Assembly: GCA_038110565.1 (NCBI GenBank)
Contig: JAYNJX010000003.1
Location: 13,325 to 77,324, forward strand
Length of the DNA stretch: 64,000 nt
DNA from: Nitrosomonadales bacterium
Lineage (GTDB): Bacteria > Pseudomonadota > Gammaproteobacteria > Burkholderiales > Methylophilaceae
Direction: 5' to 3'
The notes below the pieces were generated by a model. That model made no database searches. It was not told where the DNA came from and saw only the letters and a program-made list of their open reading frames with translations. Numbering within the stretch: position 1 is the stretch's first letter; the number at the start of each line of letters is the position of its first letter. The translations under genes were made by a program, and so were the position numbers. Below are positions 35,840 to 46,372 of this stretch, piece by piece.

Positions 35840-36733
35840 CTATTTAATTAATTGATAAATCTTCATAACAGTCTCTTTAAAAGAATTTCCATTATTCATA
35901 GATGCCATTGGCAGGAGACTATGTGAAGTCATGCCAGGTATAGTATTTATTTCTATTATATAAATTTCTTTTGTAGATTCCTTAATCATAAAATCTACAC
36001 GACCCCAATCCTCGCAACCTAAAGCTTTAAATGCATCCTTGCATATTGCTTTTGCTTTGTGAGAAAGTTTTTCCTCAATGTCTGCTGGGCATATAAACTG
36101 AGTATCATCAGAAACATATTTTGCATGGTAATCATAGAAACCGCCTATTGGCTTTATCTCTATTATTTCCAATTCCTCATTTCCAATAATTGACAATGTA
36201 AACTCTCGACCCTCTATAAACTCTTCCGCAAATGAAATAGCGTCAATTTCCAAAGCCTGGTCTCTTGAGACTATGAAGTCCTCTTCTTTACGCACAATTG
36301 AAATACCAATAGATGATCCTGAATTTGATGGCTTAACTACAAAAGGAAGACCAATTTTTTTCCGAACCTCTTCAAAAATTATGTCTTTGTTCAATAACAT
36401 ATAATTTGGATTTTTTATTCCGTTTTCATCCCATTTTTGCTTAGTTAAAAATTTATCCATTGCTAATTTTGAGGCTTTTGCCCTTGATCCATTAAATGCA
36501 ATATTGTTCTTTTCTAAATAATCTTGAATTTTTCCATCTTCTCCATCAGCCCCATGAAGACATATGAAAACTTTCCTAAAATTTTTCAAATAACTAATAT
36601 CATTTTTTGCTGGGTCAAATTTTTCAACATTAAAATTGAGATCTAATAGAGCTTGATATACGGCTTCTCCACTTTGTAAGGATATTTCTCTTTCATTAGA
36701 ACTCCCCCCGCATAAAACAAGTATTTTCTCCAT
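35840..36733 (-). CDS. ddl: D-alanine--D-alanine ligase
   Basis: GGSSNEREISL, LHGADGEDG, YDYHAKY, EINTIPG. Confidence 0.96.
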   Translation of the reverse strand: MEKILVLCGGSSNEREISLQSGEAVYQALLDLNFNVEKFDPAKNDISYLKNFRKVFICLHGADGEDGKIQDYLEKNNIAFNGSRAKASKLAMDKFLTKQKWDENGIKNPNYMLLNKDIIFEEVRKKIGLPFVVKPSNSGSSIGISIVRKEEDFIVSRDQALEIDAISFAEEFIEGREFTLSIIGNEELEIIEIKPIGGFYDYHAKYVSDDTQFICPADIEEKLSHKAKAICKDAFKALGCEDWGRVDFMIKESTKEIYIIEINTIPGMTSHSLLPMASMNNGNSFKETVMKIYQLIK

Positions 36734-37614
36734 TATGCTATCTCTCCTAAAAACTTTACTTCAATCTCAAGATCAATATTTTTTCTTTCTTTTACAGTGT
36801 TCTTCATCAATGCAATCAACATTTCAATATCTTTTGCGGTTGCATTTCCAATATTTTCGATAAAATTTGCATGTTTTTCTGAAACTCTCGCACCGCCTAT
36901 TACATGACCTTTAAGACCACAATCCTCAATAAGTCTTGCAGCATAATCATTCTTAGGATTTTTAAATGTTGAACCGGCAGTGGGCCAATTCAGTGGTTGA
37001 GATAATTTTCTGCTTTGTAATAAATTTTTAATTTCCATTGATTCATCAACCGAACTATTAAAATTTGGAAATTCAAAATAAGCGCCAATAAAAAATTCGC
37101 TTTTCTTACTTTTTACATTTCTGTAACTAATTTCATATTCCTTTTTTTGAGATTCGTATAAGTTGCCATCAATATCTACTACTTTAACTTTTGTTACAAA
37201 GTCCCATGTTTCATTTCCATAACAGCCTGCATTCATAGCTAGTGCTCCGCCGATACTTCCTGGAATTCCTGCCATAAAAGCACAATTATTTTTTTTATTT
37301 CTTGCCGCAAACCTTGCCAAGGTTGAGCAACTCACTCCTGCTTCAGCATAAATTTGATTTTGATTTAGTTCTAATTTTTTCAGATTTTTTGAAAGATTTA
37401 TGACTGTTCCTTTTACCCCCGCATCCCTTATTAACAGATTAGATCCCATTCCAATAACAACTATCGGTAATACCCACTTTTTTTCTTTCAATTTTTTAGC
37501 TAAAAATTCTATGTTTTCTATTTCTATATATTGATCTGCTGGACCACCGACTTTCCATGTATTTAAATTTTTTAATGGAAAATTTTTGTAAATTTTATCT
37601 GCTTCTATTTTCAT
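36733..37614 (-). CDS. murB: UDP-N-acetylmuramate dehydrogenase
   Basis: GSNLL, GIPGSIGG, AGSTFKNP, KHANF. Confidence 0.96.
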   Translation of the reverse strand: MKIEADKIYKNFPLKNLNTWKVGGPADQYIEIENIEFLAKKLKEKKWVLPIVVIGMGSNLLIRDAGVKGTVINLSKNLKKLELNQNQIYAEAGVSCSTLARFAARNKKNNCAFMAGIPGSIGGALAMNAGCYGNETWDFVTKVKVVDIDGNLYESQKKEYEISYRNVKSKKSEFFIGAYFEFPNFNSSVDESMEIKNLLQSRKLSQPLNWPTAGSTFKNPKNDYAARLIEDCGLKGHVIGGARVSEKHANFIENIGNATAKDIEMLIALMKNTVKERKNIDLEIEVKFLGEIA

Positions 37615-38995
37615 TTAATTGATTAAAAAATGCTTTTTTAAACCAGGCACCTATGCTTCCAGCGCCCATTACCAGAAGAATTGAATTATTCTCAATATTT
37701 TTTTCTATAACGTCTTTTGCTGATTCAAAATCACTTAAAAAATATTTTTTGTTTGTTAATTTTTTGAGTATTTTTCTTGAATTTACTCCATAAATATTTT
37801 TTTCGCCTGCAGAATATATTTCAAACAAAAAAACTCGATTTACAAGACTTAAAACTTTGACAAAGTCATCAAAAAGTTGAAAAGTACGAGAGTATCTATG
37901 CGGTTGGAATACTATATTTATTTTTTTTCTTGGGTAACCTTTTTTAATTGAATCGATAACTGCTCTAATTTCTGTTGGATGATGTCCATAGTCATCTATT
38001 AAATTAACCGTTTTTTCATTTAATAATTTATAGTTCGGATATAGATCAAACCGCCTTGATACCCCATTAAAATTTTGTAATGCGTTTTGTATATTTTTTA
38101 TTGATACTTCATGTTTAAGAGCTATTGCTATTGCCCCAACACAATTACTTACATAATGACTACCGGGCATTTTTAGCTTGACTTTAAATCTTATCTTTTT
38201 ATCTAAGTTACTATTAAAATTAAATTCTGAAATATTTCCTTTAAATCTAATATCACTTGCATAATAATCAGCATTTTTATTTATTCCGAATGTCACTAAA
38301 GGTCTAGATATTTTTTTTAAAATTGATTTATTACCAGTATCGTCGATACAAATAAATACCTCATTGTAAAATGGAATCTGATGAATAAAATTAAGAAATG
38401 TTTCTTTTAATTTTTCCATGCTCCCATCATAAGTTTCCATATGGTCTGTATCTATATTTGTTACAAGAACTTGTGCTGGATTTAGATGTAAGAAAGAAGC
38501 GTCTGATTCATCTGCCTCAACTATCATTACATTGCTTTTTCCTAATTTAGCATTTTGCCTTAATGAATTAATTCTTCCTCCAATCACATATGTCGGGTCT
38601 ATTCCACCATAGTTCATAATTTCAGCCAACATGCTAGTAGTCGATGTTTTACCGTGGGTACCTGCAATGGCAATACCAAACTTGTAACGCATCAACTCTG
38701 CCAACATCTCAGCTCGAGGAATTATAGGAATTTTATTTTTAATTGCATAAATTACTTCTTGATTTTTTTTTGAGATTGCTGATGATGTCACCACCACATC
38801 AGCATTTTTAACATTTGCTTGATTGTGCTCAGTAAATATTTTAATTCCTCTTGACTTTAAATGTTCTAGCGCCTCTGAACTTCCAATATCAGAGCCTGTT
38901 ATTTGAAAGTGCATATTGAACATAATTTCCGCGATTCCTGACATACCAGAACCACCAATTCCAATAAAATGTATTTTTTTTATTTTTTTATACAT
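37595..38995 (-). CDS. murC: UDP-N-acetylmuramate--L-alanine ligase
   Basis: GIGGSGMS, GTHGKTST, EADESD, DYGHHP, FQPHRYSR. Confidence 0.97.
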   Translation of the reverse strand: MYKKIKKIHFIGIGGSGMSGIAEIMFNMHFQITGSDIGSSEALEHLKSRGIKIFTEHNQANVKNADVVVTSSAISKKNQEVIYAIKNKIPIIPRAEMLAELMRYKFGIAIAGTHGKTSTTSMLAEIMNYGGIDPTYVIGGRINSLRQNAKLGKSNVMIVEADESDASFLHLNPAQVLVTNIDTDHMETYDGSMEKLKETFLNFIHQIPFYNEVFICIDDTGNKSILKKISRPLVTFGINKNADYYASDIRFKGNISEFNFNSNLDKKIRFKVKLKMPGSHYVSNCVGAIAIALKHEVSIKNIQNALQNFNGVSRRFDLYPNYKLLNEKTVNLIDDYGHHPTEIRAVIDSIKKGYPRKKINIVFQPHRYSRTFQLFDDFVKVLSLVNRVFLFEIYSAGEKNIYGVNSRKILKKLTNKKYFLSDFESAKDVIEKNIENNSILLVMGAGSIGAWFKKAFFNQLNENRSR

Positions 38996-40070
38996 CTTGT
39001 TCTATATATGTAAAAATTTTAGTGCTTGAGTTTTTATGTATTTCTGAATAACTCTTTTTTGCCATATTTATACACTCTTTTCGTGATAATTTTTTTAACA
39101 TTTTTAGTAATTTTTGTTCTATTTCTTCCTCACGGCAAATTAATGCACCTTTTCGCTTTTCTATAGATAATGCGTTTCTATACTGATGATCATCAATGGC
39201 ATATGGGTATGGAATAAATATAGCTCCTAAGCCTATATACTCTAATTCAGATACGGTCATAGCTCCAGCACGAGAAATGATAATGTCTGCCCACTGATAA
39301 TATTCTTTTATATTTTTTATAAAATCTAATACCTCTACTTCAAATTTATAAATTTCATTAACACCATTACTTTTATTATTTCCACATTGATGAATAACCT
39401 TTATTTTTCTAATTCCTGCGAGCTCATTTAGTACCAATGGAATTTTTTCATTTAATGATTTTGCCCCTAAACTTCCTCCCAATATAAATATCCTTAATGG
39501 CCCCTGTCTGTTTCTAAATCGAATAGATGGTTGCTCTATAGTCTTTAACTCATCACGGATTGGATTTCCTGCAGTAATATTAAAAAATTTATTTTTAATA
39601 CTAAATGCAGAAAAAACTTTTTTAGCATAAGGTGCAAGAATTTTATTACTTGTTCCTGGAATGCTATTTTGTTCATGAATATATAAATTTCGACGGCATA
39701 GTAGGGTAGCAAGACCTAGTGGTAAGGATATATATCCGCCAAAAACAAGTGAACTTCTAATATTATATTTTTTTATTATCCTCACCAACTTAAATACTGA
39801 TATTAAAAATTTAAAAGGGTATGAAATTAAGGTAATAAATTTTTTACCCCTAAATCCCCCAATATTTACAGGGACGTAGTTGATAATTTTTTTATCAACC
39901 AAATCATTTTCCATTCCTTGGTATGTTCCAGCCCAATAAACTTCCCAATTATTATCAAGAAATACTTTAGATACTGAAAGGGCTGGGATTATATGGCCTC
40001 CTGTTCCAGCGGCTGCAATGAATATTGTGCTTCTAATTTCTTCGGGATTTGATTTTATTTTCATAGTCAA
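38988..40070 (-). CDS. murG: Lipid II GlcNAc transferase MurG
   Basis: GTGGH, HEQN, GNPIR, GGSLGA, DHQ. Confidence 0.96.
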   Translation of the reverse strand: MTMKIKSNPEEIRSTIFIAAAGTGGHIIPALSVSKVFLDNNWEVYWAGTYQGMENDLVDKKIINYVPVNIGGFRGKKFITLISYPFKFLISVFKLVRIIKKYNIRSSLVFGGYISLPLGLATLLCRRNLYIHEQNSIPGTSNKILAPYAKKVFSAFSIKNKFFNITAGNPIRDELKTIEQPSIRFRNRQGPLRIFILGGSLGAKSLNEKIPLVLNELAGIRKIKVIHQCGNNKSNGVNEIYKFEVEVLDFIKNIKEYYQWADIIISRAGAMTVSELEYIGLGAIFIPYPYAIDDHQYRNALSIEKRKGALICREEEIEQKLLKMLKKLSRKECINMAKKSYSEIHKNSSTKIFTYIEQDV

Positions 40071-41178
40071 CCCTCAAAACAACGGATAAAGCTATTATAT
40101 TCATCAGCAGAGCGCTTCCTCCATAAGATATCAATGGCAAAGTAAGTCCTTTAGTTGGGAATAACCCTAAATTAACCCCCATATTGAAAATTGCCTGAAT
40201 TCCAATCCAAATACCCACACCTTGTGCAACTAAACTTGAAAAATGATTTCTTAGTTTTGTAGACTCTTTTGCGATTCCAAATATTCTCACGATCATAATC
40301 ATAAAAATTAAAATTATAATTGCTACTCCAAAAAGTCCAAGCTCTTCTGCAAGAATTGCTAGGATAAAATCTGTATGAGCATCAGGCAGGTATTGAAGCT
40401 TTTGAATGCTCTCCCCTAATCCAACCCCAAATAAATCTCCCCTGCCAAACGCAATCATTGAATTTCCTAATTGCCAGCCATCTCCAGTAAAATCATCAAA
40501 TGGATTTAACCATGATCGCAGACGATCCATTCTATATTGCTCAACAGAAATTAATCCATACAAAGCAAAAGGGGAGGTTATTAAAATAGAAAGGATTATC
40601 TTTAAAGAAACTCCGCCTAAAAATAAGATTCCAAAAGATATTGCTGCAAAAACAACAAGCGCACCAAGATCTTTTTCACTTAAAATAATAAATCCTACCA
40701 ACACCACAACAACAAAAATTGGTAAGAATCCTCTTTTAATTTCTCCAATTTCTCTTGATTTCCTTAATACATAGTCAGACGTATAAATGATGATTGCAAA
40801 TTTCATTAATTCAGTCGGTTGAAAATTCATAAAACCCAAAGATATCCATCTAGTTGCTCCCTTCGCTTCGCTTCCAACTCCAGGTATTAAAACTATTGAA
40901 ACTAAAAAGAAACTAAAAAGAAAAAATAACTTAGAATTTTTTTGCCAAAAATTTATAGGAATAAAAAAAACAATTAAACCTAAAATTGAGGCTAAAGCTA
41001 AATTGAATGCTTGCCTCAATAAATAATAATAACTTTGAAAATTTAATGCTTTTTTTAAGGCTGCCACATCTACTGAGGCAGAATAAACCATAATCAATCC
41101 CGTACCAGCGAGCAATAACATGGTCCATAACAAAACTGGGTCATAGTTTTTTTGTTCAATGCTTTTTTTAAAATCCAT
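40033..41178 (-). CDS. ftsW: Peptidoglycan polymerase FtsW
   Basis: MVYSAS, FQPTE, AHTDFI, PTKGLTLPLISYGGS. Start moved to ATG 41178 (MDFKK) to avoid a long overlap with murD. Confidence 0.95.
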   Translation of the reverse strand: MDFKKSIEQKNYDPVLLWTMLLLAGTGLIMVYSASVDVAALKKALNFQSYYYLLRQAFNLALASILGLIVFFIPINFWQKNSKLFFLFSFFLVSIVLIPGVGSEAKGATRWISLGFMNFQPTELMKFAIIIYTSDYVLRKSREIGEIKRGFLPIFVVVVLVGFIILSEKDLGALVVFAAISFGILFLGGVSLKIILSILITSPFALYGLISVEQYRMDRLRSWLNPFDDFTGDGWQLGNSMIAFGRGDLFGVGLGESIQKLQYLPDAHTDFILAILAEELGLFGVAIIILIFMIMIVRIFGIAKESTKLRNHFSSLVAQGVGIWIGIQAIFNMGVNLGLFPTKGLTLPLISYGGSALLMNIIALSVVLRVDYENKIKSRRN

Positions 41179-42481
41179 TCTTATAACTTTCAACAAGAGC
41201 TTTGAAATGACTTCCTCTTTCTTGATAATTTTTATATAAATCCATACTTGCACAGCCAGGACTCAATAATACTATGTCACCATTTACCATCTCATCGAAT
41301 ATTCTCTTCATCAAGTCCTCTAAATTTACAAAATTTTCACAAGGAGTTTTTATTTCTATGGACTTAAAATAATCTTTAAAAATTTGTTGATCTTTGCCAA
41401 ACAAATATATTTTTTTTACATTATTAGGTATGCTAAAACCGTTTAAACTTTGCCCTTTTAACAACCCTCCAAGAATCAATAGCAAAGGTTCATTAAAAAC
41501 TCTTAATGCTGCATTAGTTGAAGCAAGATTAGTTGCTTTTGAGTCATCGTAAAAACTTACCTCCCTAAATTTGTCTACCAATTCAATTCTGTGAGGTACA
41601 TTTTTATAATTAAAAAAGAATTCTTTTATTTTATTACTGTAAATATTTATTCCAATTTTTTTTAATACTAACAAGACGGTATAAATATTTTCACCATTAT
41701 GAATTCCAACCAAGCCAGGTGAGTCTATTTTAATAATACCTTCTTTAAAATAAAACTCATGACTCGATTTGTTTGATTTATTATTGCCTTTTGAGACAAA
41801 TACATCTTCACGCTTTGAGTATTGATCATCTAGTATATTATTCATAATAATTGAATAATCACTATGCTCTATAAGCTTTAATTTGGCCTTCTTATAATCC
41901 TCAAAATCATTGTATCTGTCTAAATGATCTTGTTCTATATTCAAGATTGCAGCAATATTAAATCTAGCTTCAGGACTTAAAACTTCTAACTGAAAACTTG
42001 AAATTTCAACAATTAAAAATTTTAATTTTTCTTCACTATTTAGAGATAAAATTGGATAGCCAATATTTCCCACCGCTTTGGCTGGATATGATAAATAATT
42101 TAATAATTGTTCGAGTATTGAACATACCGTTGTTTTTCCGTTAGTTCCTGTTATAGCGATTTTAATTACATCTCGAGACACAACTTCATTAATCAAAGAA
42201 ATATCATTAGAAATAATTTTTTTATTAATCCCTTGAAATACCTTTTTTCTAAGATCAAAACCAGGGCTAACAAAACATTTAGAATAATTTTCTTTAATTA
42301 AGGGATCATTGAAATTATTTATTAACTTTATTTTGTTGTCATCGAGAAATTTTTTATCTAAAGGACTTATTTCTTGTTCTTCATAAAGAGTAATATTTTG
42401 ATTTTTTTTAAGAAGAAAATTAACTAAAGACTTTCCCGTTCTCCCATAGCCCATAATGATAATTTTTTCATCTGGTGACAT
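41168..42481 (-). CDS. murD: UDP-MurNAc-L-Ala--D-glutamate ligase
   Basis: GTNGKTT, EISSFQL, DSKATN, LLSPGCAS. Confidence 0.96.
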   Translation of the reverse strand: MSPDEKIIIMGYGRTGKSLVNFLLKKNQNITLYEEQEISPLDKKFLDDNKIKLINNFNDPLIKENYSKCFVSPGFDLRKKVFQGINKKIISNDISLINEVVSRDVIKIAITGTNGKTTVCSILEQLLNYLSYPAKAVGNIGYPILSLNSEEKLKFLIVEISSFQLEVLSPEARFNIAAILNIEQDHLDRYNDFEDYKKAKLKLIEHSDYSIIMNNILDDQYSKREDVFVSKGNNKSNKSSHEFYFKEGIIKIDSPGLVGIHNGENIYTVLLVLKKIGINIYSNKIKEFFFNYKNVPHRIELVDKFREVSFYDDSKATNLASTNAALRVFNEPLLLILGGLLKGQSLNGFSIPNNVKKIYLFGKDQQIFKDYFKSIEIKTPCENFVNLEDLMKRIFDEMVNGDIVLLSPGCASMDLYKNYQERGSHFKALVESYKNGF

Positions 42482-43588
42482 CTATCTTATCTTCAAGCTG
42501 GCAATACCTATAAGGATTAAAATCATGGTGATGATCCAAAATCGCACTACAACTTGTGTCTCTTTCCAACCTTTTTTTTCATAATGATGGTGTAAGGGTG
42601 CCATTAAAAATATTCTTTTCCCTATACCATCTATTTTTTTTGTATATCTAAAATAAGTAACCTGTATTGCTACTGATAACGTCTCGACAACAAATAATCC
42701 TGCCATAATGAACAAGATAATTTCCTGTCTAACAATAACTGCAATTGTTCCCATTACTGCACCTAAAGCTAGAGAACCGATATCACCCATAAATACTTCA
42801 GCTGGATAAGCATTAAACCATAAGAAACCAAGGCCTGAACCTGCAATTGCTGCACAGAAAATTGCTACCTCACCAGCACCAGCGATGTATGGTAAATTTA
42901 AATAATTAGCATAAATTTGATTACCTGTGACATAAGCAAATATTGCTAATGCGGAGGTAATCATTACTGAAGGCATAATTGCTAATCCATCTAAACCGTC
43001 TGTTAAATTAACAGCATTACTACTTCCCGTAATTACTAGATATGACAAAATAAAGAAACCACTTATACCCACTTGTAAATAAGTTGATTTCAAATAAGGA
43101 ATTAATAAAGCAAATGAATTACCCTGATCGCGAAGTGTTATATACAGAAAAGTTGTAGTCATAATCGCAGCTATCGACTGGAAAAAGTATTTCCATTTTG
43201 CTGATAGTCCATCAGAATTCTTAAATTTTATTTTTTTTAGATCATCAATAAAGCCAATTAAACCAAAAGCAATTAATACAAAGATAAGAGTTAAGATAAA
43301 CCTATTACTTAAATCTCCCCATAATAATACTGAAAATAAGATTGAGACAATAATTAAAGTGCCTCCCATAGTCGGTGTGCCTTTTTTTAAAAGATGAGCT
43401 TCAGGGCCATCTAGTCTAATATATTGAGAAAAACTGAGATCTCCTAATTTCTTAATAAACCATGGACCCAGTATGAAAGAAATTAATAATGAAGTTCCTG
43501 CAGCTAGGACTGATCGAAAAGAAATATAATTTAAGACGTTTAAAAAATTTATTTTTATATCTAATATTTTTAATAATTCTAAAATCAT
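42482..43588 (-). CDS. mraY: Phospho-MurNAc-pentapeptide transferase
   Basis: KGTPTMGG, NLTDGLDGL, FMGD, MAPLHHH. Confidence 0.97.
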   Translation of the reverse strand: MILELLKILDIKINFLNVLNYISFRSVLAAGTSLLISFILGPWFIKKLGDLSFSQYIRLDGPEAHLLKKGTPTMGGTLIIVSILFSVLLWGDLSNRFILTLIFVLIAFGLIGFIDDLKKIKFKNSDGLSAKWKYFFQSIAAIMTTTFLYITLRDQGNSFALLIPYLKSTYLQVGISGFFILSYLVITGSSNAVNLTDGLDGLAIMPSVMITSALAIFAYVTGNQIYANYLNLPYIAGAGEVAIFCAAIAGSGLGFLWFNAYPAEVFMGDIGSLALGAVMGTIAVIVRQEIILFIMAGLFVVETLSVAIQVTYFRYTKKIDGIGKRIFLMAPLHHHYEKKGWKETQVVVRFWIITMILILIGIASLKIR

Positions 43589-44931
43589 TGCAAAACTCTC
43601 AATCGGTCAATTAATAAATCCATTCTTGCACTCCTTGAACCCTTAACTAACACCATTGTATCTTCAACAACAAACTTTTCTAAAAATTTATACAACTCTT
43701 CTTTCTCTTCAAAAAACTTATTCTTAACTTTCTTTATTTCATTGAGTGTTAATCTTGTTAAGGGACCAACTCCAAGAATCAGATCAATTTTTTTATTATT
43801 TATTTTTTTCCCCAGTTCTTGATGAATAACTTCTTCCTCAGGACCCATTTCAGCTATATCTCCAATGACTAAAATTTTATAGCCATTATGTCGTTCCAAA
43901 AAATCAACTGCAGCAAGTAATGATGTTGGATTGGAATTATAGGTATCATCAATAATAATTGAGCCTTGAATACCACTTATTCTTTCCATTCTTCCTTTTG
44001 GGCTTTTAATTTGCATCAAACTCTGTTGTATCTTTTCAATTTCGATGCCTAAATTCAATACTACTCCTATTGCAAACAAAAGATTAATATTGTTATGTTT
44101 CCCAATCAGTGGGTTTCTAATTTCTATGCTAGTGCCCTGATAGTTTAATCTTATATTTGTCTCATCAATATCAGTCCAAAAAATATCTGCACTTGATTTA
44201 TTCGATGAAATTGTAAATTTTTTACAATCTATTTCTTGAACATCAGAGGTATATTTATTATCAGTATTTAATAGAACTGTATCTGTTGAAAGCAAATAAT
44301 CAAATAAACTCTTTTTTTCAAATGCAATTTTTTCTTTCGACCCAAAGTTACCAATATGCGCTTCTCCAATATTTGTTATTAATGCAATGTTAGGTCTTAG
44401 GATTTTAGCTAATTGTTTTATTTCACCTGGATGGTTTGTACCCACCTCAAAGATTGCATATTTGGTTTTTTTAGTAACTTGAAACATTGACAATGGTAAA
44501 CCAATCTCATTATTAAAATTTCCGATTGTCCCCACTACCTCAGCATTATTATAAAACTGTTTTAGTATTTGAATTATTAGCTCTTTTGTTGTTGTCTTTC
44601 CATTGCTTCCAGTTATTCCAACAAATGTTGCCTTAGATTTTACTCTTATATTATTAGAAAGATCTTTTAAGAGTTCTTTTGTCGAAGAGACAACCACTTG
44701 GGGTAAATCTGTTTTAATTATTTTTTCCGTAAAAATTAGAGTAGGTTTGGTTTTTTCAATTTGATTAACAAAGTCATGCGCATCGAATGTTTTTCCTAAC
44801 AAAGCAATAAAAATACCATTCTTAATTGGATTTCTTGTATCTGTATATATATCTTTAGAATCGAACTCGAAATTCTCTTCAATTTTTAATTTTTTAAGAA
44901 TTTTTGGTATTTCTTTTAAATTAATTTTCAT
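43585..44931 (-). CDS. murF: UDP-MurNAc-tripeptide--D-Ala-D-Ala ligase
   Basis: GSNGKTTTK, NNEIG, DDTYNSNP, KGSR. Confidence 0.95.
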   Translation of the reverse strand: MKINLKEIPKILKKLKIEENFEFDSKDIYTDTRNPIKNGIFIALLGKTFDAHDFVNQIEKTKPTLIFTEKIIKTDLPQVVVSSTKELLKDLSNNIRVKSKATFVGITGSNGKTTTKELIIQILKQFYNNAEVVGTIGNFNNEIGLPLSMFQVTKKTKYAIFEVGTNHPGEIKQLAKILRPNIALITNIGEAHIGNFGSKEKIAFEKKSLFDYLLSTDTVLLNTDNKYTSDVQEIDCKKFTISSNKSSADIFWTDIDETNIRLNYQGTSIEIRNPLIGKHNNINLLFAIGVVLNLGIEIEKIQQSLMQIKSPKGRMERISGIQGSIIIDDTYNSNPTSLLAAVDFLERHNGYKILVIGDIAEMGPEEEVIHQELGKKINNKKIDLILGVGPLTRLTLNEIKKVKNKFFEEKEELYKFLEKFVVEDTMVLVKGSRSARMDLLIDRLRVLQ

Positions 44932-46372
44932 AATTTCTTTTAAAATTTTTTACTATATTTTTATCAGAAAATTTATATTTAGTTCCCTTGATAATTTGAT
45001 AATTTTCATGCCCTTTCCCAGCTATTAATAAAATCTCATTTTTACTTTCTTTAAGTGCTTTTTGAATTGCCAATTTTCTATCATCAATCTTAAATTTTCT
45101 AACAGATATATATTTAGCAATTTCATCAATAATTTTCTTAGGGTCTTCATCTCTAGGATTGTCAGATGTAATGTAAATCTCAGATGCATATTTTTGAGCA
45201 GCAAACGCCATGAGTCTCCTTTTTCCAGAATCTCTATTACCGCCACACCCAAATATGAGTGTTATTTTTTTTTTATAATGATCTTTTAAAACTTTCAGAA
45301 CATTTTTTAGCGCATCCGGTGTATGCGCATAGTCTATATAAACTCTCTTATCTTTAGTAATGATTTCTTCAAGTCTCCCTGGTGGGGTTTTAATATTTCT
45401 TACCAAGGTTGATATTTTATCAAACGAATAACCTTCTAAATATAAAGCAGCGATTACTGCAGTTAAATTATAGATATTGAAGTCTCCTAAAATTTTTGTT
45501 CTAAATTCAAAAGATTCATTTCTATATAAAATAATAAAATCTAAGTAATTTTTATTTTTTGGCTCTTTATTTCTATATATGATTCGAAAATCTGCTTTTT
45601 TACTTTTTCCATAACTTAAAACATCTTTGTTTCTATTTTTTAATTCTTCAAATAGTAGTTTTCCATATTGATCATCAATATTAATGATAGAAATTTCAAC
45701 GCTATCTAAAAAAAAATTTTTCTTAGCATTAAAATAATTTGACATCGTTTTATGGTAATCAAGATGATCTCTAGTTAGATTTGTAAAAATTCCGAATCTA
45801 AAATTTAATCCGAATATTCTCTTTTGATCTATCGCATGTGACGAAACCTCCATATTGATACTTTTTATTTTATCTTTTTTAAAAATAGACAATAAGTGAT
45901 TTAATTTAAAATTATCTGGGGTCGTTAAATTTGATTTAAATTTTTTATATTTTTTATTAAAAAATGGAAGGGTTCCAATCATTTCAGATTTCTCCCCTAG
46001 TTTATTTTTTAAATCTGTCAACCAATACACGGAAGTACTTTTTCCATTGGTGCCTGTTACACCTATCAAATTTATACTTTTTATTCTTGGCTTGAAAAAA
46101 TAATTGACTATTTCAGGAATGTTATCTCTAAGATTTTTAAAAGGTAATAAATTTTTATTATTTTTTTTATCTGGAAGATATTTTTTATCGCTTGACTCGT
46201 AGATAATTTTTTTTGCACCACGAGTCAAAGCTTCTTCTATAAATAATCTTCCATCGGTTTTTTCACCTGGGTATGCAAAGAATAAATCGCCTTTATTTAC
46301 TTCATTGCTGTTATTACAAATTTTATTTGACTTTCCAAGTTTTCCAAAAATTTCTCTAAATAATTTGTTCAC
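44921..46372 (-). CDS. murE: UDP-MurNAc-dipeptide--meso-DAP ligase
   Basis: GTNGKS, MEVSSH, DYAHTPD, DNPR (DAP specificity), AGKGHE. Confidence 0.96.
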   Translation of the reverse strand: MNKLFREIFGKLGKSNKICNNSNEVNKGDLFFAYPGEKTDGRLFIEEALTRGAKKIIYESSDKKYLPDKKNNKNLLPFKNLRDNIPEIVNYFFKPRIKSINLIGVTGTNGKSTSVYWLTDLKNKLGEKSEMIGTLPFFNKKYKKFKSNLTTPDNFKLNHLLSIFKKDKIKSINMEVSSHAIDQKRIFGLNFRFGIFTNLTRDHLDYHKTMSNYFNAKKNFFLDSVEISIINIDDQYGKLLFEELKNRNKDVLSYGKSKKADFRIIYRNKEPKNKNYLDFIILYRNESFEFRTKILGDFNIYNLTAVIAALYLEGYSFDKISTLVRNIKTPPGRLEEIITKDKRVYIDYAHTPDALKNVLKVLKDHYKKKITLIFGCGGNRDSGKRRLMAFAAQKYASEIYITSDNPRDEDPKKIIDEIAKYISVRKFKIDDRKLAIQKALKESKNEILLIAGKGHENYQIIKGTKYKFSDKNIVKNFKRNYEN